Source: an uncultured bacterium (GTDB lineage: Bacteria > Chlamydiota > Chlamydiia > Chlamydiales > SM23-39). Taken from it: 64,000 nt of DNA. The stretch is from positions 1,536,001 through 1,600,000 of the forward strand of contig OY970323.1 of assembly GCA_963716985.1 (NCBI GenBank), read 5' to 3'. This document shows, in pieces, positions 9,438-18,436 of the stretch (position 1 is the stretch's first letter; the number at the start of each line of letters is the position of its first letter). The translations under genes and the position numbers were made by a program. Under the pieces are notes generated by a model, which was not told the origin of the DNA, did no database searches, and saw only the letters and a list, made by a program, of their open reading frames with translations.

Positions 9438-10373
9438 ATGGATCCTTATTTTCGCAGCTATAATTCCTATTTGCAAGAGCTTTTCAAAACGCGGGTATAT
9501 AAGATCTCTATCGACGGCGGCTTTTCTTGTCCCAATCGCGACGGGACAAAGGCGGTCGGCGGCTGCATCTATTGCGATGAAAAGGGCTCTTCTTCCCGCA
9601 CGCACTCTTGCGGCGACTCGATTCGAGAGCAGGTGGTGAAAAATATTCAGGTGCGCAAATCCCGCTACAAAGCAGAAAAATTCATAGCCTACTTTCAATC
9701 CTTCTCGAACACCTACGCGCCAGCCACGATGTTAAAAAAACTCTATGATGAGGCCATCTTTTCTTCTCCCGATATCATCGGTCTTTCCATCTCGACCAGG
9801 TCCGACTGCATCGATGAAGAAAAACTCGAGCTAATTGCGAGCTATGAAAAACATCTGCCCTACCTGCAAATCGAATATGGCCTGCAATCCATCCACAACC
9901 GCACATTACATCGCATCAACCGCCAAGAACAGTTCGAGGACTTTCTCTCAGCTCTCTCTTTAACAAGGAAATTCCCCATCCACCTATGCGTGCATGTCAT
10001 TTTGGGCCTTCCGGGAGAAACGAAAGAAGATATGATGCAAACGGCCGAAATGCTTGCAACACTTGCAATCGAGGGGGTAAAGATTCACACGCTCGTTGCC
10101 ATGGAAAAAACGCCTCTTGCAAAGCAGTATCAAGAGGGTCAATGGCAGCCCCTTGGCTTTGAAGAACACATTGCTCTGCTTGCCGACTTTCTGGAAAGAC
10201 TCCCTGCGCATACCATTATCCACCGCCTCTCCGGCAATGGCCATCCACAACATCTCGTAGCTCCTCTCTGGATGAAAGAGAGAAAAAAAGAGATTCTTCC
10301 TTGTCTTACAAAAGAATTTTGTAAAAGAGATACTCGACAGGGATCCCGATCCCCCCCCAGGGAAATTGCATGA
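9438..10373 (+). CDS. TIGR01212 (YhcC/YtqA) radical SAM protein
   Basis: GFSCPNRDG....GGCIYC, AYFQSFSNTY, TRSDC, EYGLQS, HVILGLPGE, GVKIH. Confidence 0.92.
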   Translation: MDPYFRSYNSYLQELFKTRVYKISIDGGFSCPNRDGTKAVGGCIYCDEKGSSSRTHSCGDSIREQVVKNIQVRKSRYKAEKFIAYFQSFSNTYAPATMLKKLYDEAIFSSPDIIGLSISTRSDCIDEEKLELIASYEKHLPYLQIEYGLQSIHNRTLHRINRQEQFEDFLSALSLTRKFPIHLCVHVILGLPGETKEDMMQTAEMLATLAIEGVKIHTLVAMEKTPLAKQYQEGQWQPLGFEEHIALLADFLERLPAHTIIHRLSGNGHPQHLVAPLWMKERKKEILPCLTKEFCKRDTRQGSRSPPREIA

Positions 10374-10477
10374 TAAAGTTCTCGAAAAAACGCTTCATGG
10401 AGAAACGTGATGTTTTGCCGATTCCTTCAAAAAATTGGTCTTACTCCTAGTTAGGCCTAGTACCAGGAGAACTATAT

Positions 10478-10939
10478 CTACGCTGCGGCTTTCCACCCTT
10501 TTGGGGTATCTTTGAAAAGTATCGTATTAGAGTTCAATTGATCTTCCAAATTGGCAATTTTCTTAAGAATTTCTGAGATTTTACCATGTTGATTAACGGT
10601 TTTTTCAGCGTAGAGCAACCTCACCAAAGACTCAGAAGATTTGGGTATATTGGTTTTACCATTTTCCCATCTCCGAATAGCTTGCTCGCTAACTCCCAAC
10701 AAAGAAGCTAAGATATTCTGAGACATCAACATTTCATGCCTAAGAAATCGTAGTTCATCTCCAGACAGATCCTTCTTCAAAGAAACAAGATGCATTCCTA
10801 TAGCGCGATGCAAGCCGTCAAGATCGTGGATAGAAACCGCCTCCCCTCTATCGGTTTTGATAATCTTATAACCATTAGCGAGGTAGATATTATCCAGTCC
10901 ACATTCTTTATACTGGTAAAAACTGTGGTCCATATTCAT
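10478..10939 (-). CDS. XRE-HTH antitoxin-like protein
   Basis: YQYKECGLDNIYLANGY N-terminus, ELRFLRHEMLMSQ..LA.LLGVS...IRRWENG HTH; downstream of DUF4258-like gene. Confidence 0.8.
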   Translation of the reverse strand: MNMDHSFYQYKECGLDNIYLANGYKIIKTDRGEAVSIHDLDGLHRAIGMHLVSLKKDLSGDELRFLRHEMLMSQNILASLLGVSEQAIRRWENGKTNIPKSSESLVRLLYAEKTVNQHGKISEILKKIANLEDQLNSNTILFKDTPKGWKAAA

Positions 10940-10944
10940 TCCTC

Positions 10945-11268
10945 CTATATTACGGTGATGACTTCTAAGTAATCCTTTTTAACGACCACAACTACCTGCA
11001 CCGATCTCCCTGCAGTATAACGTGATAGTTTAATTCTCCAATCACCATATTGGTCAAGACTCGGGCCGTCTATACCTTTTCCCGACCTTAACACATCAAA
11101 AACTTGACGCATCGTCACTTTTCTTTCTCTCATACGCTGCTGATTATGAGGGAAATCGAAAAAGACTCTACTCGAATCCTTTGCCATCTCATGCACCACC
11201 CTAACAAACTCCTCCAACGATTGAGGAAGCTCTTTTGGGGTTGGAAAAGAAAACGCTTCACTCATCAC
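10945..11268 (-). CDS. DUF4258-like putative toxin
   Basis: H.QQRMRERKVTMRQVFDVLRSG and C-terminal VITVI. Confidence 0.72.
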   Translation of the reverse strand: MMSEAFSFPTPKELPQSLEEFVRVVHEMAKDSSRVFFDFPHNQQRMRERKVTMRQVFDVLRSGKGIDGPSLDQYGDWRIKLSRYTAGRSVQVVVVVKKDYLEVITVI

Positions 11269-11277
11269 AATACCTAT

Positions 11278-11316
11278 ATTTTAACACAGAAAAAACAACC
11301 TGTCAATCTGATAGGT
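11278..11316 (-). promoter_or_regulatory. Sigma70-type promoter with overlapping palindromic operator
   Basis: TTGACA (11306-11301), 17-bp spacer, TAAAAT (11283-11278); palindrome ACCTgTCA-N3-TGAtAGGT at 11298-11316. Confidence 0.75.
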
Positions 11317-11750
11317 ATAAATCCTGCCAAATCTTTAATTTACCAGGCAAGATGATAATCGTATTGATTATCAAAACGATAGGATGTTATCAACGCAATA
11401 AACTTGCTATTAATTAGATACAATCTGACTCTACGTGCTCTCCTTTCGGGGCAACAATGATTTGTGCATGAATTTAGCGTTTAGTTTACTCTTCGGGGTT
11501 CTCTTTCGATCTCCTCCAAAATTGCGCGACCTTCTATAGAGTGTTTATAAAGAATTACTTGTCAACGGGCTTCAAAAATTTTCTTGCAATTTCCCTATGA
11601 TTCCCCCAATCCGCTCTTAAGTAAAAACATAAAATTAATTTAAACACTAAATAATATTAAACAAAATCTAGCCTGTTTCTTATTTTCCGTTGCCCAAAAT
11701 CCAATTCTGCTGCTAATATTTCTATTAAAATTTTTGAAAACAAAAGGCTT

Positions 11751-12683
11751 ATGACATCCTCCATTTCCTTTTTTTCTCCCCATCATCTTTCCTCCCTCTG
11801 GCATTTTTCCAGCGCCAAAGAAACGAGAAAGAAGGAGCTCGAGGAGCTTACAAAAAAAGTGGCGCATGACTGCTTCACTGAACTGAGCATAGCTCTTGCC
11901 ATTTGCGGTTTTTCCTGTCTTTTTGTCACATCCCTCTCCGCTATCGCAACCCTCTTGATTGCGACAACCTGCGTTGTGAGTTTCAACGCTCTTTTTCGCT
12001 TCGTTAAACTGCGCGCAACACTCAAGCTCGATAAAGAAGAGCGAATAGGCGCGCAAAAAACCATCTATCGAATGATGGGATGGAATTTTGCCTTTCTGGA
12101 TTCGGGGACAAGAGACATTTTGACCCATGAATTCGGCCATGCTTTTTTCAGCTCTCTCTTCTACAAAAACAGATCGCTAAGCGTTTCTCTTTTTCCTTTT
12201 ATGGGAGGAGTGACGAACTACTTCCCCGAAGCCTTAACGTTTGTCGGAAGCCTCGTTGGAGAAAACGCAGCAGAGCTCATTGTCTCTGCTGCAGGCCCCC
12301 TCACAACGCTCTTCTTTTCGCTCCTTACATTGACCATCGCCCACTTCGTAAAAGAAAGCCATCCACAGCTCAATCAATATTTAAACGCCTGCACTCTCTT
12401 GAGCCTAACGCAACAGATTTTTTATGCGCTTTCCGCTCTTGGGACACCCCTTGAAGAATTGAGTCATGATTTTGTCTATCTATGGGCCATGGGCGGCATC
12501 CACCCCCTAGCTGCCTGTCTTTTTATCTGCCTTGTGCCTTTGATCATAAAAATTATTGTCAGCCAAATCGCGCGGGAAGAGCAAACAGCTCCCTCTCTGA
12601 AGGAAAGAGCGCATCTCTTTTCTACTACCGGCACACTACTCAGAGCTGGTAGAGGAGTAGATCTCTCTACTCCCCCCCATTGA
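11751..12683 (+). CDS. Membrane metallopeptidase, M50-like; C-terminus reads into antisense intron sequence
   Basis: THEFGH zinc motif, SAAGP, HDF, several TM segments; last ~12 codons overlap intron domain VI on the opposite strand. Confidence 0.75.
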   Translation: MTSSISFFSPHHLSSLWHFSSAKETRKKELEELTKKVAHDCFTELSIALAICGFSCLFVTSLSAIATLLIATTCVVSFNALFRFVKLRATLKLDKEERIGAQKTIYRMMGWNFAFLDSGTRDILTHEFGHAFFSSLFYKNRSLSVSLFPFMGGVTNYFPEALTFVGSLVGENAAELIVSAAGPLTTLFFSLLTLTIAHFVKESHPQLNQYLNACTLLSLTQQIFYALSALGTPLEELSHDFVYLWAMGGIHPLAACLFICLVPLIIKIIVSQIAREEQTAPSLKERAHLFSTTGTLLRAGRGVDLSTPPH

Positions 12684-13276
12684 GAACCCGGCGTGCCCAA
12701 TTAAGGCAACGGGCTCCTGATACCATCCTTCACTTGACTCGATGGTTAAAACATTTTATGCACTATCTGGGCTTTCGGTAGAGGATGCGCTCTCATGAAC
12801 AGCACAAACTTTTCCCACGTAAAGCTCTTTCGCTGACTACGCCTGTTCAGCCATTTGTACATGATCTTGGTTGCCTCGCATAGAAACTGTTTTACCTGCA
12901 TTATGTTGTGAGAGACTCCGTAATATTGAACGTGCCCTCTCAGTTTCGCAATAAAGGTTTTCCATATTTCCTTGAGTAGCCTTTTATCCTTTTCCTGCCT
13001 GATCCATTCTTTGACTTTTTTTGAGTTTGGTTCGCATGGTTTTGGCTCTCGTTTTCAGTTTGGGTACTACCCATCCCGATCGAGACTTACTCCAGTAAAA
13101 CGTGAATCCCAGAAAATCAAAAGTCTCTTGTTTTACGCCTCTAGCTGCTGCTCTTTTATCAAAAGCGATCAGCTTCGTTTTCTCTTCGTTGAGTTGAAGT
13201 TTAAACTTTTCGAGCCGTTTCCCAAGAGTTTGTCGGATTCTTTGCGCATCTGCTTCTAATTCACAGCATATTACCG
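12644..13276 (-). mobile_element. Group II intron A, 3' part (RT6-7 and X coding region, DV, DVI); frameshifted and 5'-truncated
   Basis: DV GAGCCCGTTGCCTTAATTGGGCACGCCGGGTTC (12716-12684), then DVI hairpin; IEP VICCELEADAQR..EKTKLI..FDFLGFTF, then after an extra A near 13016-13022 LRGHVQYYGVSHN..WLNRRSQRKSFTW, stop 12746. Confidence 0.85.
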
Positions 13277-14277
13277 GTCGAGTAGCGCAGGGGAATCTCA
13301 CCCCCACGCTCTCACGGAACCGTACGGGAGCCTCTCGGCTCATACGGCTCTTATTATTCAGCCGCTGGGAGTACACCCAGTTGCCAGTGAGCAAACAGTT
13401 TGGGTTCTCGTTTTGCGATTTTACCCATCCAGTGTATTGCTCTCCGACTATGGCCTCTCAGTTTCTTGTATTTCCTCGTCGCCCACCTTGCTAGTGTACG
13501 GTTTACCCTTCTGAACGTTGGATACAACTCCGATTTATAGTATTTACCATAGTGGTTAATCCAACCTCTCATGATTGGATTGAACATCCTCGATAAATCT
13601 CCGAGTGTTTTGTCACTGCGCAGATGCATCCGCCAACTTCTCATCGTGCCCGCCATCTTCTTCTTCGCTTTATTACTCACTGCCGGACTGAAATTGACGA
13701 AGTACTTTCCATAACGATTTTTCGATCGTCTGGCTCTAAAAGTATACCCTAGAAAATCGAACTTTTCATTTGGGTATCTCTTTCTTCTATCGTCATCCTT
13801 GCAATAGACGATTTTCGTCTTCTCAGGATGTAATTCCAGTTTGCATTCCGCTAAGCGTTCTGCGATGGCGATCTTTATTTTGTTAGCTTCTGCCTCTGTT
13901 TTGCAATGTACCACTCCATCATCCGCATATCTTTCAAATGGATTTTGTGGATAATTCCTTTTCATCCATACGTCGAATGCATAGTGGAGAAAAAGGTTCG
14001 CCAATAGCGGGCTTATCACACCCCCTTGCGGCGTTCCTTTATCTCGGCCTATAAGCGCTCCTTCCGCATTTTGAGCTGGTGCTTTTAACCACCGCTCTAT
14101 GTACATCAGGATCCACTTACTATCGGTGTGTTTCTTCACAGCTTTCATCACGAGTTCGTGATCCAAATTGTCAAAGAACCCCTTGATATCCAGATCAATA
14201 ACATAGTTGTATCTCCAGCACCTTTCTCGTGCTTTCCCTACCGCTTCTATTGCTGATTTTCCGGGTCTATATCCAAA
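13277..14277 (-). mobile_element. Group II intron B (class D-like), 5'-truncated, nested in intron A
   Basis: DV GAGCCGTATGAGCCGAGAGGCTCCCGTACGGTTC (13350-13317), DVI ending CTACTCGAC at 13277. Confidence 0.9.
13354..14274 (-). pseudogene. Intron B reverse transcriptase/maturase, N-terminus missing
   Basis: GYRPGKSA, DLDIKGFFDN, GTPQGGVISPLLAN, RYADD, FDFLGY, NPIMRGWINHY; no endonuclease domain. Confidence 0.92.
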
Positions 14278-14407
14278 GGCTGAATTAGATAAGAATGAGT
14301 ATCAGCTGGGAAAAAAAGTAAGCAACGGGCTGATAAGACTGGTAAATATTGCTTATCGCAAGAGTGATGAAAAGTGGAATTATACGATCATTCCACGCCA
14401 CATATGA
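14276..14407 (+). pseudogene. ISAzo13-like transposase C-terminal remnant
   Basis: KAELDKNEYQLGKKVS...EKWNYTIIP resembles the ISAzo13 family C-terminus. Confidence 0.65.
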
Positions 14408-14458
14408 GTCGCGGACGAATTTTTTTTCGAAAAATGGGCAAAGAGAATACTAAAATAT

Positions 14459-15504
14459 ACGCGATGTGCGAGTTTTTCAAAGCAAAAAATCACACGTAAA
14501 AAAATAATTGAAAAATGACAAGTCCTTACTGCACACTGTTTTGCGACAAAACAACAACAGGAGTTCAGGACATGTCGATTGATGATTTTATCATAACCAC
14601 CTTTTGTTTGATAGATGATGAGATGAAGAAGGTTCTTGCAGACGAGAAATTTCGTCAAAGAGGTCCCTCGCCTAGATTGAAAGACAGCGAGGTTATTACG
14701 ATGGAGGTCGTTGGAGAATTTTTTGGAATGGACCGTGACAAAACCATTTGGGAATATTTCAAAAGGCACTGGTTGCATTTCTTTCCAAATATTCCTGCAC
14801 GTTCGAATTTTGTCAGGCAAGCGGCCAACCTTCATGTAGTAAAGCGATTGTTACAAGAGAGTTTAGCAACTGACCTACATGCTCTTTCTGATTCATTGCA
14901 CATAATAGACGGGCTTCCTATTCCAGTTTGCAAATTTGCCAGAGCTCACTTTAGCAAAAATTTCAAGGGCGACGCTGCATATGGATATTGTGCTACAAAA
15001 AAAGAGCACTTTTATGGTTTTCGAGGCCATGTTGTCATCAGTTCAATAGGGGTGGTGACAGCAGCTACATTCGCCAAGGCAAACATTGATGAGCGCGATG
15101 TGTGTCCTGAGATTGTGGAAAAAATCGGAGGGCTTTTGTTGGGAGACAAAGGTTTTATACGACCTGGATTGAAAGAGTTGCTCAAAAAACAAGGGTTGTA
15201 CTTGCAAACTTCGCTGAGAGAAAATATGAAAGATGAAAGACCGAAGAAATTTTTGAAATGGCTGGTAGGGACTCGGCGACTGGTTGAAACAGTTATAGGG
15301 CAGCTCAATGATAGATTTCGGATTGAAAAAGTATGGGCGCGAGATTTATGGCATCAATTTTCAAGATTTTGGAGAAAATTACTGGCGCATACTGTCGGCA
15401 TTAAACTTAATGTAAACGCAGGGAACGAGCCTTTACAGTTTGACCAGTTGCTTTGTTCTTAAAAGCATAGGCGATTTTTCGCTTTATAAACTCGCACATC
15501 GCGT
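14459..15504 (+). mobile_element. IS982-family element, apparently intact
   Basis: 17-bp perfect IR ACGCGATGTGCGAGTTT; 7-bp target duplication AAAATAT (14452-14458, 15505-15511). Confidence 0.93.
14572..15462 (+). CDS. IS982-family transposase
   Basis: DSEVIT, IIDGLPIPVC, FYGFRGH, GDKGF, RRLVETVIGQL. Confidence 0.93.
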   Translation: MSIDDFIITTFCLIDDEMKKVLADEKFRQRGPSPRLKDSEVITMEVVGEFFGMDRDKTIWEYFKRHWLHFFPNIPARSNFVRQAANLHVVKRLLQESLATDLHALSDSLHIIDGLPIPVCKFARAHFSKNFKGDAAYGYCATKKEHFYGFRGHVVISSIGVVTAATFAKANIDERDVCPEIVEKIGGLLLGDKGFIRPGLKELLKKQGLYLQTSLRENMKDERPKKFLKWLVGTRRLVETVIGQLNDRFRIEKVWARDLWHQFSRFWRKLLAHTVGIKLNVNAGNEPLQFDQLLCS

Positions 15505-15766
15505 AAAATATTTATTTATAAATCAAGGGGTTGTGCGACTTAAAATTTGGTTCTTCCTTAACTGTCGCAATTGCTCTGCTGCTTCTATAACTGTTGCTTT
15601 AATGGGCTTTGTAGGGTATTTTTTCATGACGCGTCTCCTTATGATTGCGTTTGTTGATAGCTAGCAATTTTAAAGGCGCGTCATTTTTTTAGCTTCATGA
15701 ATCCCCGTTATTTCCTGTGGCGTAGGGCAAAGCCATTGAGGAGCTTACCCACAACCATTATTTCAA

Positions 15767-16066
15767 CTAAGAAGAACGGCGATCTAAATTAAAGTGAACT
15801 AATATCCCCGATATAATCAGCACAGCAATCATTAGAAAAATCGAACAATTCGTGACCATTGGAAGACCTACTACTACGTTTTTTACTGTATACAACAACA
15901 CTAAAGACGTAAAAGCAGCTCCTGCAACATAGGACATCGTTCGAAATATTTTTTCGGCGAGATCTTTCACACGCCTACTAAAAGAATCTGAGCCAAATCC
16001 CAAAAAAGATTTTAAAGAAGGAATAGTAGTTGTGGATTTATGCGAAAAAACTCCAAATACACTCAT
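15767..16066 (-). CDS. Small protein with bilobed hydrophobic domain (Inc-like)
   Basis: RBS AGGAG; Ser/Thr-rich N-terminus; two adjacent hydrophobic stretches. Confidence 0.55.
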   Translation of the reverse strand: MSVFGVFSHKSTTTIPSLKSFLGFGSDSFSRRVKDLAEKIFRTMSYVAGAAFTSLVLLYTVKNVVVGLPMVTNCSIFLMIAVLIISGILVHFNLDRRSS

Positions 16067-16086
16067 AAAATCTCCTATAATAGAAT

Positions 16087-16503
16087 TTAATCTGAAAACA
16101 TGCTTGACAAACTTTTATACAACAAATATGTCCCACATAAAAAACAACCAACAGAACTAATGAATGCCATTGGTTCGCATATATTTCTTAGATCTGTCAG
16201 TTTACAAGCAGATGCACTATAGAAAAATCCCAAAGAAATAGCAAAAAGCGCCACACCACCAAATAATTTGGCAGTATGATTTTGAGGTGGAGATGGTGCC
16301 TCTTTTGCAAAAAAATAATTATAAGCGCCCACTAAGCTTGAACCAATCCCCACTACAACCTGATACCTATCTACAAAATCATTTATCGTTTTAAATGCCG
16401 TCCATGCAACCCTGAAAGCAGTTTTCAATGCATCGAAGATTGTTGCAACGACTATTTCCGTGGGATGCGTTAAAGCTCCTAAACTATTTAACGACACAAC
16501 CAT
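16087..16503 (-). CDS. Hypothetical membrane protein (Inc-like)
   Basis: RBS GAGG; about three hydrophobic segments; co-oriented with 15767-16066. Confidence 0.55.
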   Translation of the reverse strand: MVVSLNSLGALTHPTEIVVATIFDALKTAFRVAWTAFKTINDFVDRYQVVVGIGSSLVGAYNYFFAKEAPSPPQNHTAKLFGGVALFAISLGFFYSASACKLTDLRNICEPMAFISSVGCFLCGTYLLYKSLSSMFSD

Positions 16504-16581
16504 ATGCCCTCGCTTTTTTTAGAATTAGGAAAACTTTTAAAGAGTTTATCTTTAATTAAAAATTTATCTCCACAAATTTTT

Positions 16582-17188
16582 GTAACTTCTCAAAAAGATC
16601 TTGTAACTAGCTAAGGACCAGATGGTAAAACTCGAGATTTTTGATCAATAAGATCTTTCAGGCGAGGAATTCCCTTTGCATTTAAAAGCCTATCTTTCAA
16701 ATAGTCACAAAAACTTACACCTAATTTCATGCAGGTTTTCTTGAGACTGGCAAAGGCGTCTCTTGCTTTGCGGCCAGCTTCACTCCGTGTGCTACCTGAG
16801 ATTTTTCTTCGCTTCGCATATTCACGGATATCCCTTTCGCAGTCATTGTTGTGCAGAGGAATGAACGGATACTGAAGAATAAGCAAGAGCCCTTCTCTTC
16901 TTGATCGAGTATTTGCAAGGAGTGAATTTAGAGCCGCACTTCTATATGCTTTGCCAAAAATTTGATCGAATTTTTCTGATAGCTTTTTCTGCAGAAGAAG
17001 GGTCGGATTTTTCTTATATTTTTTCAGTGCTTCATAGAAATCCCAAATATCCGCACGAACTATTTCGATCTCTGTTTTCTCAGCATCTGACAGAGGAATT
17101 AGTTTTCGATAAAGGCGTTCTTCATGGACCCAGCAGAGTCCATTTAGCAAGATGGCAAATTGTCTAGCAGCATCACTTATCGTAATTA
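16582..17188 (-). mobile_element. IS66-family remnant (3' end of transposase plus one IR)
   Basis: Terminal GTAACTTCTCAAAAAG resembles the 29117 copy; ISDAARQF..LCWVH..PLHNNDCERDIRE; cut off at the IS630. Confidence 0.88.
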
Positions 17189-18306
17189 TTAACCCGACAG
17201 GCAAATAAGAGACTCAAGCAGCGTACTTAACCGCTGAAGCTCGAAACAAATTTCGGATCGTCTCTGGTTCTTTTTGCAGCTTGGCGAGAGTCGAATGCAA
17301 ATGCCCCGATAGTTCCTTCTGATTTCTTGACATCTTTTTCCGATGAGTTCTCCCCTTCACCGTGTTGTTCAGATACTCATCTGGGTTATATTCAGGAGCG
17401 TAGGGAGGAAGAAAAAACAACTCGATTTCATCTTTATGCTTGTTTACCCAGGACTGAACTTTCTTTCCATGATGCACCTTCAGGTTGTCTAGGATCAAAA
17501 ATATCTTTCTGTCTTGGCCTTTGATCAGTCTTCGTAAAAATTTCAGAAAAATTGCAATGTTCATGCCCCCTTCGTAAACCATGAATCGAAGATCTCCTCG
17601 ATTTGTTACGGTTGAGATCATGCTCACTGAAAATCGTTTTCCTTTCTGATTGAGAACAGGAGTTTTTCCCTTCGGCGCATAACTCTTGCCTACCTGGCAA
17701 GTGGAACATACTCTGGCTTCATCCCCCCATTGTATTTCAGCGTTTTCCACTTTTGCGCGAGAGGAAATGGACGGATATTCTTCGTTGAGCCATTTCTCTA
17801 TTCGTTGTGGCTGTCGCTCATAGAAGCGCCCTAAGGGTTTTTGAGCCGTATCGCCCCATGCGCGCAAGTAAGCACCGACCGTGGATTTAGCTAATTTGAT
17901 CCCAAAGCAATGTTGAATGAGATGCTGCACAGACTGCCGAGTCCAAAGTACGAACGACATTTTGAGTTGTTCGGGACATTTATCCGTGATGAATCTTTGA
18001 ATGATTTTGCAGTGAAGAGCCGATAATTTCGCCTGATCTCCGGAGCGCCGGCCTCGACGCTTTTTTTTAAGCCCCGATTCTCCCTTTGTGCGATAAGCAG
18101 TTATCCATCGATAAACCGAAGTTCTTAGCACTCCCAGAGCCTGAGCTGCTTCTTTCACAGGCTTACGATCTACAACGACCATTTTGATGGCACGTCTGCG
18201 AAGAGCTTCCTGTGTGTCTTGACCTAATTTTCTCCTATCGCCTAATTGCATGAAGAATTGCTAACACACTCTTCAATTTTTGTCTCTTATTTGTTTAGCG
18301 GGTTAA
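17189..18306 (-). mobile_element. IS630-family element
   Basis: Imperfect IRs TTAACCCGacaggCAAATAAGAGAC / TTAACCCGctaaaCAAATAAGAGAC flanked by TA on both sides. Confidence 0.9.
17214..18251 (-). CDS. IS630-family transposase
   Basis: N-terminal HTH, WGDE, LILDNLKVH, LPPYAPEYNPDE. Confidence 0.93.
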   Translation of the reverse strand: MQLGDRRKLGQDTQEALRRRAIKMVVVDRKPVKEAAQALGVLRTSVYRWITAYRTKGESGLKKKRRGRRSGDQAKLSALHCKIIQRFITDKCPEQLKMSFVLWTRQSVQHLIQHCFGIKLAKSTVGAYLRAWGDTAQKPLGRFYERQPQRIEKWLNEEYPSISSRAKVENAEIQWGDEARVCSTCQVGKSYAPKGKTPVLNQKGKRFSVSMISTVTNRGDLRFMVYEGGMNIAIFLKFLRRLIKGQDRKIFLILDNLKVHHGKKVQSWVNKHKDEIELFFLPPYAPEYNPDEYLNNTVKGRTHRKKMSRNQKELSGHLHSTLAKLQKEPETIRNLFRASAVKYAA

Positions 18307-18436
18307 TAATATGCGCTTGTGGCGCACCATGCAATTTTCCCTGCACACTACCGGCTTAAAAAGCGCGAAAGTTTCTTATTTTGCAAACTTGCCAAAATCC
18401 TGTGCAACTTTTATAAGGGTTAAAAAGAGGCAACCG

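Noticed and set aside
12984..13394. 136-aa ORF as a real gene
   Set aside because: Chimera: the first part reads through intron B DV/DVI, the rest is the intron A RT fragment
13354..14274. RT as retron, DGR or defence RT
   Set aside because: Maturase X domain and an adjacent canonical DV/DVI identify a group II intron
14207..14407. 66-aa ORF as a gene
   Set aside because: Antisense RT sequence fused to a transposase tail
15521..15533. AATCAAGGGGTTG shared with about 56320-56332 as an att site
   Set aside because: Only 13 bp, no integrase, and the enclosed region is mostly housekeeping genes
15533..15539. GTGCG as an intron 5' end
   Set aside because: On the wrong strand for both introns and no supporting structure
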